Part shown: positions 15,001 to 28,319 of the stretch, piece after piece
Layout: every line of letters starts with the position of its first letter
Position numbering within the stretch: the stretch's first letter is position 1
From: Balanoglossus misakiensis
Taxonomy: Eukaryota; Animalia; Hemichordata
NCBI GenBank assembly: GCA_040954595.2
Contig: CM082592.2
Span: 11,998,732 to 12,062,731 of the forward strand
DNA length: 64,000 bases
Direction: 5' to 3'
Program-made: the position numbers and the translations under genes
Notes under the pieces: model-generated
Database searches by the model: none
What the model saw: only the letters and a program-made list of their open reading frames with translations
Told to the model about the DNA's origin: nothing

Positions 15001-17837
15001 TACTGACTTAGTCACGGTTTGGCACATGGGCATCAAAGGGACTAGGCACCCTACATACATGTCATTATGTTACTGCTTCAACACAGCATGTCATTCAAAA
15101 TAGAGCAGTACAGAGTCTCTCCCCTTGTTCACCCATGTGGAGTAGCAGTTCCCAGAATGTTCACCCTTGTACAACAACACTTCCGAGAATGTTCAACCTT
15201 GTAGACACATTGCCGTACCCTACATCTGATTTTAATCAGACTGAATTATGCCCTACTACAAGCACACATACTTTATTCACCCTTCGACATATGTTATCAG
15301 TTGGCAGTACTTTTGCGACATTTCAACATCTCAATGCCGAGATATCCTTTACCCTCCTGCTTTCAAGGACAGTTGATCAATTAAGAGTCCTGCATGTAAA
15401 AGGTTCCAAGAGGAAATAACAAAGGGGTTGCTGCTTCAAGGTACATGTAGAGACAGAATTACCTTCATGGCAAATCTAATCCTACAAATATATAATGTTT
15501 CTTTTACACTCTGACAAGTATGCAAGAGAGTGTACAAAATGGGAGGGAATTTACCAACAAGGAAGACCCTGGCTGACTCAATGCTGTTGTTTTCGTCATC
15601 ATCCAGTTTCCTCAATTTCTTTAAGGGTCCACCTACATTAAGCCATCAGACTTGAATGAAGTTACACACATATATAACTCTCTCCATCTTGATCAAACCC
15701 TGCAGTTGAATATATCTAAATACCATTTCAATCGATTTCAATTTGCATCTACAAAGGCCAAAGTTACTCACAGATTCAGATGATTCCTTTTTAGGGAGAA
15801 CATCTGTTGCCATAACACCACGAAAACCTCTTTGTTGTGTCCATGGCAACCATTATGAGACCCTTGTAACAATCACAAAAGAGTTCTCTAGCATATTATG
15901 ACCATTTTAATTGCCAAGCATCACTTTGAAAGCTAGCTTTCCCCTCAGTTACTGCACAGCAACGGTAAATACATGTATTTCCTTCACGACACAATTTGAA
16001 CATACACTACACACACTGTACCTTTCAAGATAAAATGACGGATAATTTCTGCTTTTCAGTTGATCATTTCTCCCTGATATGATGCTAAAAGTCCAGGTCA
16101 CTACCAAAATTGGTGATGCTATACCATAATATTATATCCATGATTAGCCAATCACTGATGAGATTTTGCCATTAATAACATTTCCATCTCTGCAACCTCT
16201 TCAAAGGCCAATCATGTCATGTTGGATCTTTTCACTTGTAATAATAAGATCTTCTTTATTTGACTACTTGATGAGGATGTACAAAGTAGGCAAGGAAATT
16301 GTTTTTCTCGATGACCTTGATAACATCCCGTGTTACAAAACTGCGGACTATTACTTCTACGTTTCTGGCTGTTTTTTACACACGTCACTGATACAGCACA
16401 ACACCTGAGATTACGTGGTAGTAATTTCAAACATCCACCGACAGAGCCTGTAGGTACTTGCATAATGCAGTCGTCCATGTTAAAAGGTTTTGATGTCATA
16501 ATACAGAGTTTTTGCAGATTCTACGGAGGAAAATAGTGGTCACAGCAAAATTTTCATGTGATGCAATTGGTAATAGTTGAGACATTTTATATTTTTTCTT
16601 CATTTAAGGAACTGCTACACAAAAATAGATGGAGAACATTTTGAGGCATAAAATTCATTATCATGTATGTGGTTTCCCTTGTGGTTGATCAAAATTGACC
16701 CTGGAAGGTCTAGCACTTAAACCCTTCATTACTTTAATTCCCACAGACCTTCAATTTCAAATCAACACATTCCAGTGGTACCTTGGAAAATCAGAATTAT
16801 AACCCCCACTTTGCAATTCAATGTGCAAATTGATCGTGGGCACAATGCAGACTGAGGATATCTTGCAGGAACCAAAACTGTGATTCTGTAGTTGCGTGTG
16901 TGTTTTGTAATACAGCTGTCATAACTCAAGAGACAGGTAATTATTTCAAGGTGACGATAATGTTGCCTCTAATGGATTCACAAATCCATTAGCGTTGTGA
17001 TGGTAATTTTGTTTGCATGCATGCATGTATGCAATTGCATTAGCACCACAAAGGATAGACAAGTAATATTATCTCCAGGGTTTTAGATATGGCCAAAACA
17101 ACTACACTTGTATTTTCAATTTCATATTTTGTGGTGGTGGGTGACATGTAAAAATGTTGCTGTTCTACTAACTGAAACATGATGAAATGTCAACTGCGCC
17201 TGGACACAACATATAAGGGGCAAAAATCACATTGAGTCAAATTCAATTGACATTTACACGCAAATTATCTAGATGTATTCCGATATGTACGTGTCAAGAT
17301 GGATGGTCTTGTTTTTCATCAATATTCATTTCCCACTTGTCTGTAAGAGTGAAATTTGGCTAAAAATTGCTGTATAAACTGCTTTACTACGTTTAAACAC
17401 GCATAATGGGTCCACCTGGATTACGCACAACAACGTTTTAGTTATTACCTGCATCATGCATGTACATGAAAAGTAACATGTGTGGGTTGTTTTTTCACAC
17501 TTTTAATGGCTTCAACAAAGAGAGATGAGTAAAAGTATCAACACGGTCTTCCATGCAAGTGACCCAGAGCTGATAATAACTGCAAAGTGCCTTGAGCTTA
17601 TATAGCTGTGGACACACACGTTGTTCTTCACAAGGACCTACCGTCATCACACATTTTCATAAACAGGACCATATCAAATTAATCCACACACAAGCATTCC
17701 ATCCACGCATATCATTTACCTTTCTCTTGAAAAGGGAAAAATTGGTAGCACACGTATCACAGGCCATTATTTCCACAGGCGTCCCTGCACTTGTGTACGC
17801 TGGTGTTCTCTGCCGGCTGTGATAGTTGCTATGGTGA

Positions 17838-17869
<32 letters not shown>

Positions 17870-17899
17870 CTGCTGGCTTTTCACTACGCCTGAACCCAT
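12046..17899 (-). CDS. RNF34: E3 ubiquitin ligase RNF34/RFFL (CARP) family: FYVE-like finger, SAP-like segments, C-terminal RING
   Basis: Coding exons 17720-17899, 14584-14958, 13655-13780, 12912-13116, 12357-12398, 12046-12230, with consistent phases. Motifs: [67 protein letters not shown], and the [52 protein letters not shown]. Confidence 0.93.
17836..17877 (-). repeat. CAG/CAA/CAY trinucleotide tract coding polyQ/polyH in the RNF34 N-terminus
   Basis: (tgc)n on the + strand; protein reads [16 protein letters not shown]. Confidence 0.9.
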
Positions 17900-20426
17900 G
17901 GACTAATCTCTCCTGTTACACCTCATCTGTTGGAGAAAGAAAGAAAAGATAAACTAGTGTATCACCATCTTCTTGTGTTGTAGGACGTGAGTACACAATT
18001 CAATTCAGTAGATACTACTTATTTACATGTAAACTGAAAATGATAGACACACTAAAACAGAGTGAGAGAGAAAGAGAGAGATTGAAGATATGAAGCCATA
18101 CTCACTAACCTTCAGTGTAAGTTGATACCAAGAAAGCCTCCAAAGATTATTCTATCAGAATAATTGGACGAAGTGAAAAACACAAACAAAAAGGCAGAAA
18201 AAAAAGGACGAAAAGTTGATCAAGCAGATCAGGTATGGAGTAAACAACAATAACGTCTTGAACACAAACAGGTCGTTTGGCTTAAAGGAAATATACAGCT
18301 ACAGTGTAGAAACCTGGAAACAAAAATAAAATTGACAAAGTCTTAAAATCACATGTTGGAGGACATAAAATTACACAAATTTTAACGTTCTGGTCTTGTT
18401 AAACTGAGGCACAGCAACTTACTGGTATGTACAGTGAAAGCAGTTAGCACACCACAAAAATGTGGCAAGTAATTAATTACACGTAAGCGTGGAAGACGAG
18501 GGCATCCTTTACAATCAACTTCATTATTTGCCTGGCAGAAAAACAACCCATGTGCAATCAATCACCGACTGCAATTGATGAATTTTTATTTCTTCACCAG
18601 CTAAGAAAAATACGACTGTAGTTGATTTTACATTGCAAGCTACATGTAATACACACTGGAAAGGCACACGACATAAAACAAGTTACTTGCTATTTTTGGA
18701 AAGTAAGTTTAAATTCTGTGTATAAATGCTCTTGAGGAAAGTTGTTTAATGGCTCAGGATTGATCAATCACCATGAATGCTTTCCGGCACTTCAGGCTAA
18801 TCTCACAAACTGTAAACAACTTTCTCAGATCAAACCAAAGTACAGGTATAGGAGTAGGGAAGAATGAATGACTGCAATTTAACTTGAGAATATGGATTTA
18901 CATAACCAGTATAAATTATAAGGAATTAAAACCATAATACATGTAATTTACATCACTGTCATGTGTTAGATTTAAAAGATTAAGATGGAGCCTCTCTCTA
19001 AAGCTGTTAATCAGATTGCTATACAATGTACACTGAGGTCTGCCATCAGTCACAGGATTAAATTAATGCCAATTATCTTTTCATCAACTTTCAATATTTC
19101 ATTTGCTGTTTTGAAATCAAACATCATTAACCCTATCAGCATTTTTTTGAAATTTGTCAATAATTCAGAATTGTTTTTCTACAGTTTTTATTATGAAATA
19201 CATGAACAATTTTTTTCTCAATTTACAATGTTGCTACTGAGTAAACAGTTTAAATATATCAAAAATTACTTGTTTTTATGATTACTGTGGACTAATGCCT
19301 GTGGAATATGGCATGAAACAATTTATGCAAAATCGTAATTTGAGACTTCCTTTTCCAACAATTGAACTGAACTGCAGGTTTGCCACGTTGCTAAGTTACT
19401 GTTGCCGGTAACAATCAACTCCCCCACCAATCGTACCATTCACAGTTAAACTCCAATCAAATACAGAGAAACCCCAGCTCTATCACAGAGGAAGACAAGC
19501 TCAAACAGTGATACCGAGAGAGTCTGGAAAACGCAAGTGGGAATTGAATTGAAATGTACACGTCTTCCACGTAATTTCTGATACTTTGCAGGAGGCAGGC
19601 ATTTCACCCACATGTGAATCTCACAGGATTATTAACTTGGGGGTGGGTAACACTCTGCTTGAAAATGACATTCTCTCTGGCAGTGTCTCAATTGTGCTGG
19701 TAACCATGGCTACAGCATAATATGGGGATATATTGCTAAAACTTATCCCTGACAGAATTGTTTTTTCTTTGGCAAACAAGAATATATTACTCTTGTGGTT
19801 CATTCTCATTGTCACAATTACATTATTATTATGCTTGTCATCATTACTCTTGCTAATTTTCAATATTGTAACATTTACACTAAAAATCGTAGTCAGGTTA
19901 TCTGCACAAGTTGACAGACAACACTCATATTTGACGTATGACAATCACAAAAGTGTGTGGGTTCTCTACAGTCTAAGGTTGGGATCGCTGGGAATTGCTA
20001 AGTTGGTACTATAACATTCTCACTCCACTATATACCCAGCTGTCCAAATGTGTTTGTTATCGTTGGTTATTTTGGACAACCGATGGGCGTTGGGCAACCA
20101 GTGGTACGTGGTGGAGCCACAAAAATCGACTGAGTGTCCACTGACCATGACACCCATCATGACTCGTAAATGTTCTTCAAATAATGCATTGAGTTAGCTA
20201 CGACATTATCTCAACCAAATCAGTACCACAACACAGTAGTCTACAGTCACTGAGAGTGAGACATCGACAGCTCGACTGTACACAAATATCGGATCAAATT
20301 GAGAATTCAAATGCCTGGGCATTACCACGTAAACTTTCCGTCGTACTGCTTCAAAGGGTGTAAGTTAATCATTAGTAATGACAAGTCACGAGAAAAACGT
20401 GCGGTGAAAACGATGAAAATGCTCAC

Positions 20427-20505
20427 CTATACGAAGGAAATGAAGTTCTCCCTAACCCATACAGTCGCCATTTTATAGTTGGTCACATGACCTGGTGACG
20501 TCATT
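20427..20505 (-). promoter_or_regulatory. Probable first (non-coding) exon and promoter of RNF34
   Basis: Minus-strand GTGAG donor at 20422-20426, YY1-like AAAATGGCG, E-box GTCACATGAC at ~20482-20491 and CRE TGACGTCA at ~20496-20503. Confidence 0.55.
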
Positions 20506-20722
20506 GCCATAGTGTACTTGGATACAAAGTCACAAAGATCAAGGCGACGAGGAAATACGTCACCTCCGTCGCAAGTTAATTCCAGTCACGAACTACTCTC
20601 TCTCCCTCTCAATATCAGTTTCAGCAAAATTATCAGAAGTAATTATCGTCAGCCAGGCTTTGTATCAAGGCAGCGTTCAAAGTGCATCACACATTTTGCG
20701 GGCGTTTCTAGTTCTGGGACTA

Positions 20723-21110
20723 GTTTCTGACCCTTTTTTCGATGTTTTTTCCTCGAAAAATGTTACCAAAAGCTATGTGTGTTAACTCCAATATATAAGG
20801 TGTTAGGCAACTATATCGGAAATGAACGTTCTATAATACTTGAGCAGAAATCGGTCATTTGCATCGCTGTTTGATTTACACTGAAACAAACGCATTTTGC
20901 GGCCCCACCCTGGGACCGCTTTATTTTCTGACCCTTTTTCGATGTTTTCTTTTCTCGATAAAAATTACCAAAAGCTATGTATGTTAACTCCAATATATAA
21001 GGTGTTAGGCAACTATATCGAAAATGAACGTTCTATAATATTTGTGCAGAAATCGGCCATTTGCATCGCTGTTTGATTTACACTGAAACAAACACATTTT
21101 GCGCCCCTAC
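20723..21110. repeat. Tandem duplication, two copies of ~200 bp
   Basis: ttctgaccctttttcgatg...gttaactccaatatataaggtgttaggcaactatatcg...catttgcatcgctgtttgatttacactgaaacaaac occurs twice with a ~202-bp period. Confidence 0.9.
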
Positions 21111-21599
21111 CCCCCCCCCCCCCCAACGACCTGGGTCACTTTCCAGTACATGTTCCTGGGTCGCGTTCTGATCGACAAGGTCAGGGTTAGAATAAGAGTC
21201 ACAAATCGACGTGTTGGTGGAGGGACTGTATCTTAAACGACATTTCTCAATTTGAATTTGTCCCGATGTCCATGGCAACCATGCACACTGATAGTGGTCA
21301 GTAATTGATGGAAATAAACACTGACATAACTCATACTGTTGAAGAAATGTGACTTACAGACAATGACCATTAAATACTTCAATTTTATTCAATAACTCTA
21401 CAAAGTAAAACACAACAATTCCTCATCATTATGAATCCCAGCAGATGGTGAAGTTGAACAAGTTATAATTCCAGGGACAGTACTTAGAGTCTTCACCCAC
21501 AGTTCCCTGTTTAGAGGTCCATAGAAAACAATGGACTTTGACTGGACCATAGTGGTGAAAGCAGTCTTAGAAGAACCACAGGCTTGCTTGGTGCAGATT

Positions 21600-23669
21600 T
21601 TAAGAGTAAAGAATAGATATGACAGTTGACACATATTCCGGTGAGTTCTTCTGTTTCCTCTGTGGCCCTTCCAAGAATGCCTTGATGTTTGGTAAAGATG
21701 AGAGCTTCAACTTGAATTCCTAGATAAGTATTAAGTAACATATACAACAATAATATCAACTGTAATTTCATGTAGATGTTGGAAATAAGCACATCAGCGA
21801 AAATTAGATTTGCTTACTACCTAACAATATGCAAAGAAACTATATGAAAAGTCTCCAGCATCAAAGCAAGCATTTCAAGTATATTTTTGTGCAGATAATT
21901 GTGGAACTGTACCTGTAATTTAGGATAATCGTCTAGTGATCCAGGTATAAACTCTGCAGTGTTTAAAACCGCCTCAAACAATGTCACATCTGCGAATGTC
22001 AGACTATCACCAACCAAGTACCCTGAGGAACTCTCAGATAAGATCTGTTGACAGAAAATCCATTTTGAGACATTTCAAAGTGGGAAATGCAAATAACATC
22101 CTTAACTCAGATTACATTCTAAACAAAAAAATATCTCATTTACAGAATATTTAACAAAATGAAGGGTGAACATACACACCTTTTCAAATACTGGAAGATA
22201 TTTGGGTAGGGTTGTTTCCTTAATTTTTCCCAACACTTCTTCATATGGAAGAAATCCTAGACCAAGAAAGCTTTCTATGAATTCTCTCCCTCCTGCAGTT
22301 AGTATGTCAATTCTGAAAAATAAGGATAACACATTTAAACTTGATGTTATTTAGTATGAAATACATATAACAGAATACTACCCTCTGCCAGCACACAAAG
22401 AAATTATTTTCTAGCTGTGAATGAATATGTAAGCCAAAATACTATATTGTGCAACAGGAAAAAAGTGTTCATGGTAGTTGCATGAGTAGCAGGTGGGGTG
22501 ACCTCTTCACACCCTGTTTTCAATAATATCATATAAGAATTTAAGGCATAGAAATATACTCAAGAACACATAAGTCAAAATACATGCAGTTTTACTGTTA
22601 GTTTTACCTTGTTTTTTCTTCCAAAGATTTCCCATCCATGCCATACTTTCTGGCAATATAACAGGTGATGGCAACAGTCTGAACCAGCTGGAGCCCATCG
22701 ATTTCCAGCATTGGGACCTGGTTGAACAGTAATTTACCACCTACACGTATTTAGAAAACAATTGCAGTGGTGAAGTGAGTTGATGACCAGCAACAATTTC
22801 TGTTTGGAATACTAGTATAAAGCTATCAGAGAGCCCAGATTTTTTTATTTGCTGTCATTTTTCACAGTACTTTTGTCATGTTTTCACTATATATCTCAGT
22901 AAATTCTGATACTCGTTTTTTTATTATATATGCCTGGTATTGGTTGAATGGAAAACACATAATACGACTTACTTGACTTCAATTTTTCCCATTGCTCTTT
23001 GTCAGTTATGAATGACTCAGTGAACTGAAAATGAATAAAAATAAAGCAGAATAAAAACAGCCATTGAACAAAATTAATATTTTTACAACTCCCTGTTGAG
23101 TCTATGCCTAGGGTGTATGAACGCGGCCACGGCACGTGTCGGGACAGAAACGAAGTACATACCAATAAGGATTGAGCGAACGTTGGTGGCGCCACACACA
23201 ACAGCAAACCTGCATACATGTACGTTCTCCAAGCACCTTTGTCTGTGGTTAGCCGGTGAGGCGGCTGCAGGTGGCGATGTATCCTAACTATTTACACAAG
23301 TGACCGTTATTTTGAGGCAATTTTCCCCGAAAAGTTGCATATAAGTGTTGTTTACAGACCTATGAAAAAATCACTGAGACATAGGGGTCGAAGTGACTTG
23401 GCCACAGGGGGTGATCACAAAGAGGTGTGAATCACCGGGGTCGAAATGGTCAGGGGTCGAAGTGACCTGTTACCGCCCTATCGCGTCGTAAAAAAGAAAA
23501 CGTCACGACCATAGACCAACGCCGCATTTGTTAGTAAATCTTATATATCATTGATTCTGAAAAATAAATTACTCACAGGGATGCCTGCCGCTGCCAACAT
23601 GAATCGAATACTTTCAGCACGCCCACGTCCATCGAAATAAGTAAGTTTGGCAATGGTGTTTTCCGCCAT
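21600..23669 (-). CDS. Glutathione S-transferase, alpha-class-like, 220 aa
   Basis: Exons 23577-23669, 22973-23024, 22608-22740, 22180-22312, 21913-22044, 21600-21719 (663 nt, intact frame). MAENTIAKLTYFDGRGRAESIRFMLAAAG (catalytic Tyr, GRGR), GKLLFNQVPMLEIDGLQLVQT, YLVGDSLTFADV. Confidence 0.93.
23382..23474. repeat. GGGGTCGAAGTGAC-type subterminal minisatellite ending in TGTTACC, probably the end of a non-autonomous DNA transposon in GST intron 1
   Basis: aggggtcgaagtgact, ggggtcgaaatggtc, aggggtcgaagtgacc-tgttacc. Confidence 0.5.
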
Positions 23670-23708
23670 CGTTGAGTCGTAGCTTTTCCGGGGATTAGGC
23701 TTAGTCTG

Positions 23709-23769
23709 GTTCCCTGCCCCAATCCCACCGCTGGCTGCGCTACGCAGCGGTGGGATTGGGGCAGGGAAC
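23709..23769. repeat. Perfect 25-bp stem hairpin (short MITE-like dispersed palindrome) 40 bp upstream of the GST start codon
   Basis: gttccctgccccaatcccaccgctg / 11-nt loop / cagcggtgggattggggcagggaac; a related half-copy lies at 9200-9233. Confidence 0.85.
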
Positions 23770-24021
23770 TAGCCTTTGAGGGAACAAGTGCCCCCCCCCC
23801 CCCCCCCCCCCCACGCACGGACAGTGAATTAGCATACCCCCACCACACATGGTACAGCTGCGTTTCAACAGCCACTTTGATGGCTGTGTAATACATTATA
23901 CGCAAAGACTTGGATTATATTTACACTGGTCGTAACACGCCAACAACGCAAAGTCTGGGGTTATTTTCAAGCCGTGCGGACTTGAATCATCTGTTATATG
24001 GTGTTTCTTTTAACATTACAG

Positions 24022-25493
24022 CAAGGCCTTAAGCTGTTCTTGGTTGTGGCAGACGCTGGTACAGGTCTCCTTGGGACTGTTGATCCATTGGACCAAGTAG
24101 CTGACGTAGTGGAAAAGCACCAATTGTGGCTTCATGTTGATGCCATATATGGCGGATTCTTTATGTTGGTCGATGACGCAAAACATATTTTCAAAGGCAT
24201 CGAGAGAGCCGATTCAGTTAGCCTGTGTCCACACAAAGGTACTCATTGGTTTGACGCAATATTCTAACATGGAGTAGTTAATAAACTTGTTTTTTTCTCT
24301 CTCTCTCACACACAAAGTAAGTTAGCAGCAGTAGCGGAGTGAGGGTGGAATGGAATGACATCGAACAGTTTGACACAGAGACGCATCACCTGGAATTCAC
24401 TAGAGCTGACCAATCAACCCCCGATTCAAATTGTTGTGGACATTCCTTTCTAATTGATACGCACGTGTTTGTCATTTACAGGTCTGTTTGTTCCAAGTGG
24501 ATGTGGTATGGTGATAGTCAGGGATGGACAAAAACTCTTTGAATCGAATGTGACACCAAGTCGCAAAACGAATTTCCAAAATCTTGAAGAAGCCAGAAAA
24601 GCCGAACGTTCGGCCTTTGAACTTTCCTTCGAATGCACAAGACCAGAGAGGTATAGTCTAAAACCGACGAAACCCGTAGCTTTGATAAAGGGATGATGGC
24701 AAATTCAGTGCACACGAAGTTAACTCAAGCCTTAGCCTCTCCAAAGAACTATATTTTGTCCAAAAGGTGATACGAATATATTGCTGGAAATGGGACCCCC
24801 TTTCTTCATTAAAATAAAATATAACCGGTGGCTCATTAACAGGGCTTAATTTTTACTTTTTTCTCAGGGGGCTTCAAATCTGGTTACCACTGCGGCTATT
24901 TGGCGTTCGGGCATTTGCCTCCACGTTGGAAGAGAAGTTGGTTCTGGCGAAATATTTCCATCAGAAAATTACAGGTGAGAAGAAAGGAAAGAAAAACATA
25001 GTCGATGGCATCCTTTGCGTACAACAAACTTACAATGCACGCACGCACAGAACGGTGCTGAATGTTGAGAACCAACTAAAACCACCACTTCACATAGTTT
25101 GGTCCCTTGTCCCATTTTTACCATTGAGTGTTGCGCAGCGCCACCAGTGTTTGAAATGGGGCAGAGAACTAGACGACACCCTACTCACTGAAGTACTGAC
25201 TTCTATTTTCAGCGCAAGAAGGTTTCGTGGTTGATTTGCCCCCAGTTCTTAGTGTAGTAGTATTTCACTATGACACGAAAAACGAGCTTAGAGATGAATT
25301 CAACGAAGCTCTACATGCCCGTATCACAGAGGATGGGAGAGCCTATATTTCGAAAATTAAGCTGCAAGGCAAATGTCGCTTGAGAGTTTGTATTCTCAAC
25401 TTCAGAATCCATCGTGAGCACATCGACCTACTCATCAAGACCATTGAAGATAATGTCATCCAGGTGAAAAAGAAGTACGGAATACAGGCGTAA
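24022..25493 (+). CDS. Group II PLP-dependent (aromatic L-amino acid-type) decarboxylase, C-terminal half only; 5'-truncated and possibly a pseudogene
   Basis: Exons 24022-24238, 24482-24650, 24868-24974, 25213-25493 give 774 nt of open frame: LFLVVADAGT..GTVDPL..LWLHVDAIYGGFF..GIERADSVSLCPHKGLFVPSGCG..RGLQIWLPLRLFG..LEEKLVLAKYF..DGRAYIS..LRVCILNFRIH. The PLP lysine (PHK) is retained. I found no N-terminal exons. Confidence 0.82.
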
Positions 25494-28319
25494 TTTCATT
25501 GAAATAGTCTGACTTCAATAAAATAATTTTATGACAAAGAAAGCAACACATTTTTAGCCAGTGAGGGCGCTGATCACGCTCGATATGTTGTTTAGAATCA
25601 GTGGGTGCAGGTGGGATTACGTTATAATAAAGACAATCTGAAAATGTTTGTTTTTGTTTTGGACTAAAATATTCCCCCAGTCCTGAAGTGAAGTGATAGA
25701 CTGGACAACCCGTCGTTCATCATAAGATAGAGAGTGCAGCGAGTGCCAGGTTTTCCAACGAGGAAAGGGGTGACTGTGATCTCAACACTACAAAACACTT
25801 TTATTAACAATTCTTTTTTATTGGATTCAATAAAGAAAAAACTTCCACATCATAAAAAGAATTTCATAAATACATTTTCGGAAGCATGGAAGTCATTGAA
25901 AAAAGCCCACTTCACAAAATACGTTCCAAAGAACAATCACACTACTGAAGCATACTGAACACAACAACCATCTCTCTTCCACAATAATTCACAAACATAA
26001 CACCTCACAGACACAGGAGACCAAATTAACCCAGTTGGCAATGGATTGAAAAAAAGGAGCTCTCACTTGAAGGAAGAGGTAAAATTTCCTGTCAATACAT
26101 TTCTGTATGTATAAAAAATCTGTCCAAAATTTTAACGCCCTCCAAAAACTTGTGTATCATAAGAAGTCTACACTAGGCCACCTCCCCCAGGCCCTCTCCT
26201 AATATCTGAACTAAGTTGTTTTAAATTTGAGCCAAATTAGATCTTCAACAACTTTTAAACCACTCATTTTCAACTTTGTCTAACCCTACTGTTTTGATGG
26301 GTAAGGTTGGATCAACATGTAGTAATATGGAGGTAAATGGATCAGTTGATGATAAGCAGAGGGGCACAATTTTCCTACAAACTTCTGATACTGGATAAAA
26401 AGTTGTGAAACCTTCAAATCAACTGTTTTGTACAGTTTATTAAACAGATGCAGTATCTGCTTGCAGAAGTTCTGGATTCACTTGAGACATTTCTCATACA
26501 TGTATTTACTGCACTTCTCCTTGCAAACTGCCTCACTGGAAATATATTATTTACTCACACATGTACATAATACCATAAAAATCACAGAAATGTTCAGTGG
26601 AAACTAAAATGAATTCCCAATGAAAATAATGTATTCTATGTGTGGTTGACATGACACACTTAACTTTAAAACTGACCTTTAAAATGCCTGGAAATGTGAA
26701 TCTTGTGTTATAGTACTGCGAAAAATAATAACAACAGAATTATAGTTCTATTATCGTATTGAAATTCTCGATCTAATGCATGTGTCATCTAAATAAAACT
26801 GAAATTTGACAGAAATGATGTGATTGACATATCCAGAAAGTATTGCAGTGGACTGTATATACAACTTGGCACAGCTCTAACCAGCAATTTGTACACATGA
26901 CTTCTCATAAAGTAATACTGTCAAATGTCCCGTTCATGGATGGCAGAGATGCTTGTTGGATGGAGATATTGACAACATGATGCTATGTTGTCAACATTTT
27001 TTGTCAGGTCACTAAACATAATGTGGCAACTTACGATTGAATGTAAATAAATAAACCTTTTGATGATTTAATTTTGTGTGTCGATTTTTTTTTCAACTCA
27101 TTTTCTTTCAAGGACTGACTGATGAGTGTACTGGTACACAAGCACTAACATTCATATTTTACACCAAGAGGTTCCTGACCATTTCAACATACACATCATT
27201 AAGCTACATGTACAATGCAGCTAGAGTTGAAAATGTTCAAAAATTTCTTGTATATATATATATTATTAATTTTTAAAATCATTTTTTCAACTGCACATTG
27301 TCTATTAAGTCAAAACTAATTTCTATTCACAATTAAAACATATGCACAATTATAATAATTTACAAACAGCTTTTGCAAACTAAGAAATATACTAAACTGT
27401 ACCACGTCATAAAGTTACAGTCTCGTTGAGAAATGCATTGCTTATAAATAAGTAAATATACAATAGACACTCTGCAACGCAACTAACATGGCAAGATTTA
27501 GGGGGAAAGTGCAATTTCATAACTGGAAAATGTTTAATTGGTCCAAAAAAATCGTTTTGATGATATTTTAGAGTATTCCAGCCTGATTCCAGGTTTATGC
27601 AGATGGTGAGCAATACACAAATCACAACTCAACTGGGACTGCTGATCGGAATTTACATCAGTTGGCAGTGTGTCCAATCCAGTAGGGTTTCTAGCCTGTA
27701 AATGTTTGGTAATCATTAAATGCATCCACTGGTAGTCCCTTCCAACAGACAGACTTCAGAAGTGCACTGTTTACACTGATGACTTCCAAATCTGACGACA
27801 GATACGGAGTGAGTTAGTGGTGGTGTCACAGATTCAACCATGTCCACAATCCAATATTTTTCTCGGTTTCTTTCTCAATCCTGATGACCAGATACAGAAA
27901 CCAATGTTCATTGCACAGGTTGTCAATACAACCAACCAATAAGATGCAGTACAGTGTATGTCCGCCAATTGGCTATAAATTAATAGCTGTTGTAACAAAC
28001 ATGGTCAATATTGTTCATGAAACTCTGTCCATCTCATTGTAATGCTGAGAGCTCCAGATTGGAAGATGAACCAGCATCTATTCTCCCAATGAATCTTTGT
28101 TTTCTCTCTCTTGTCCAATCACTACACTTCCTCGATGCAGAAAAGGTAATGGATCCATCGTCCACAACTTACTACACCCAAAAACAACACAATGGACAGA
28201 TATCCATTGGCTTGGCTGGAAGAATGGTTGGTTTGGGGCAGTGGTGGACATATTCCAGAAACCAACATGAATGTTTGGTGTTCCGACATCCATAGTACGA
28301 ATTGGCTTGAGGGATTTCT

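Noticed and set aside
2360-25493. DAT plus decarboxylase as a dopamine gene cluster
   Set aside because: The decarboxylase is truncated and not DDC-like, and unrelated genes separate it from DAT.
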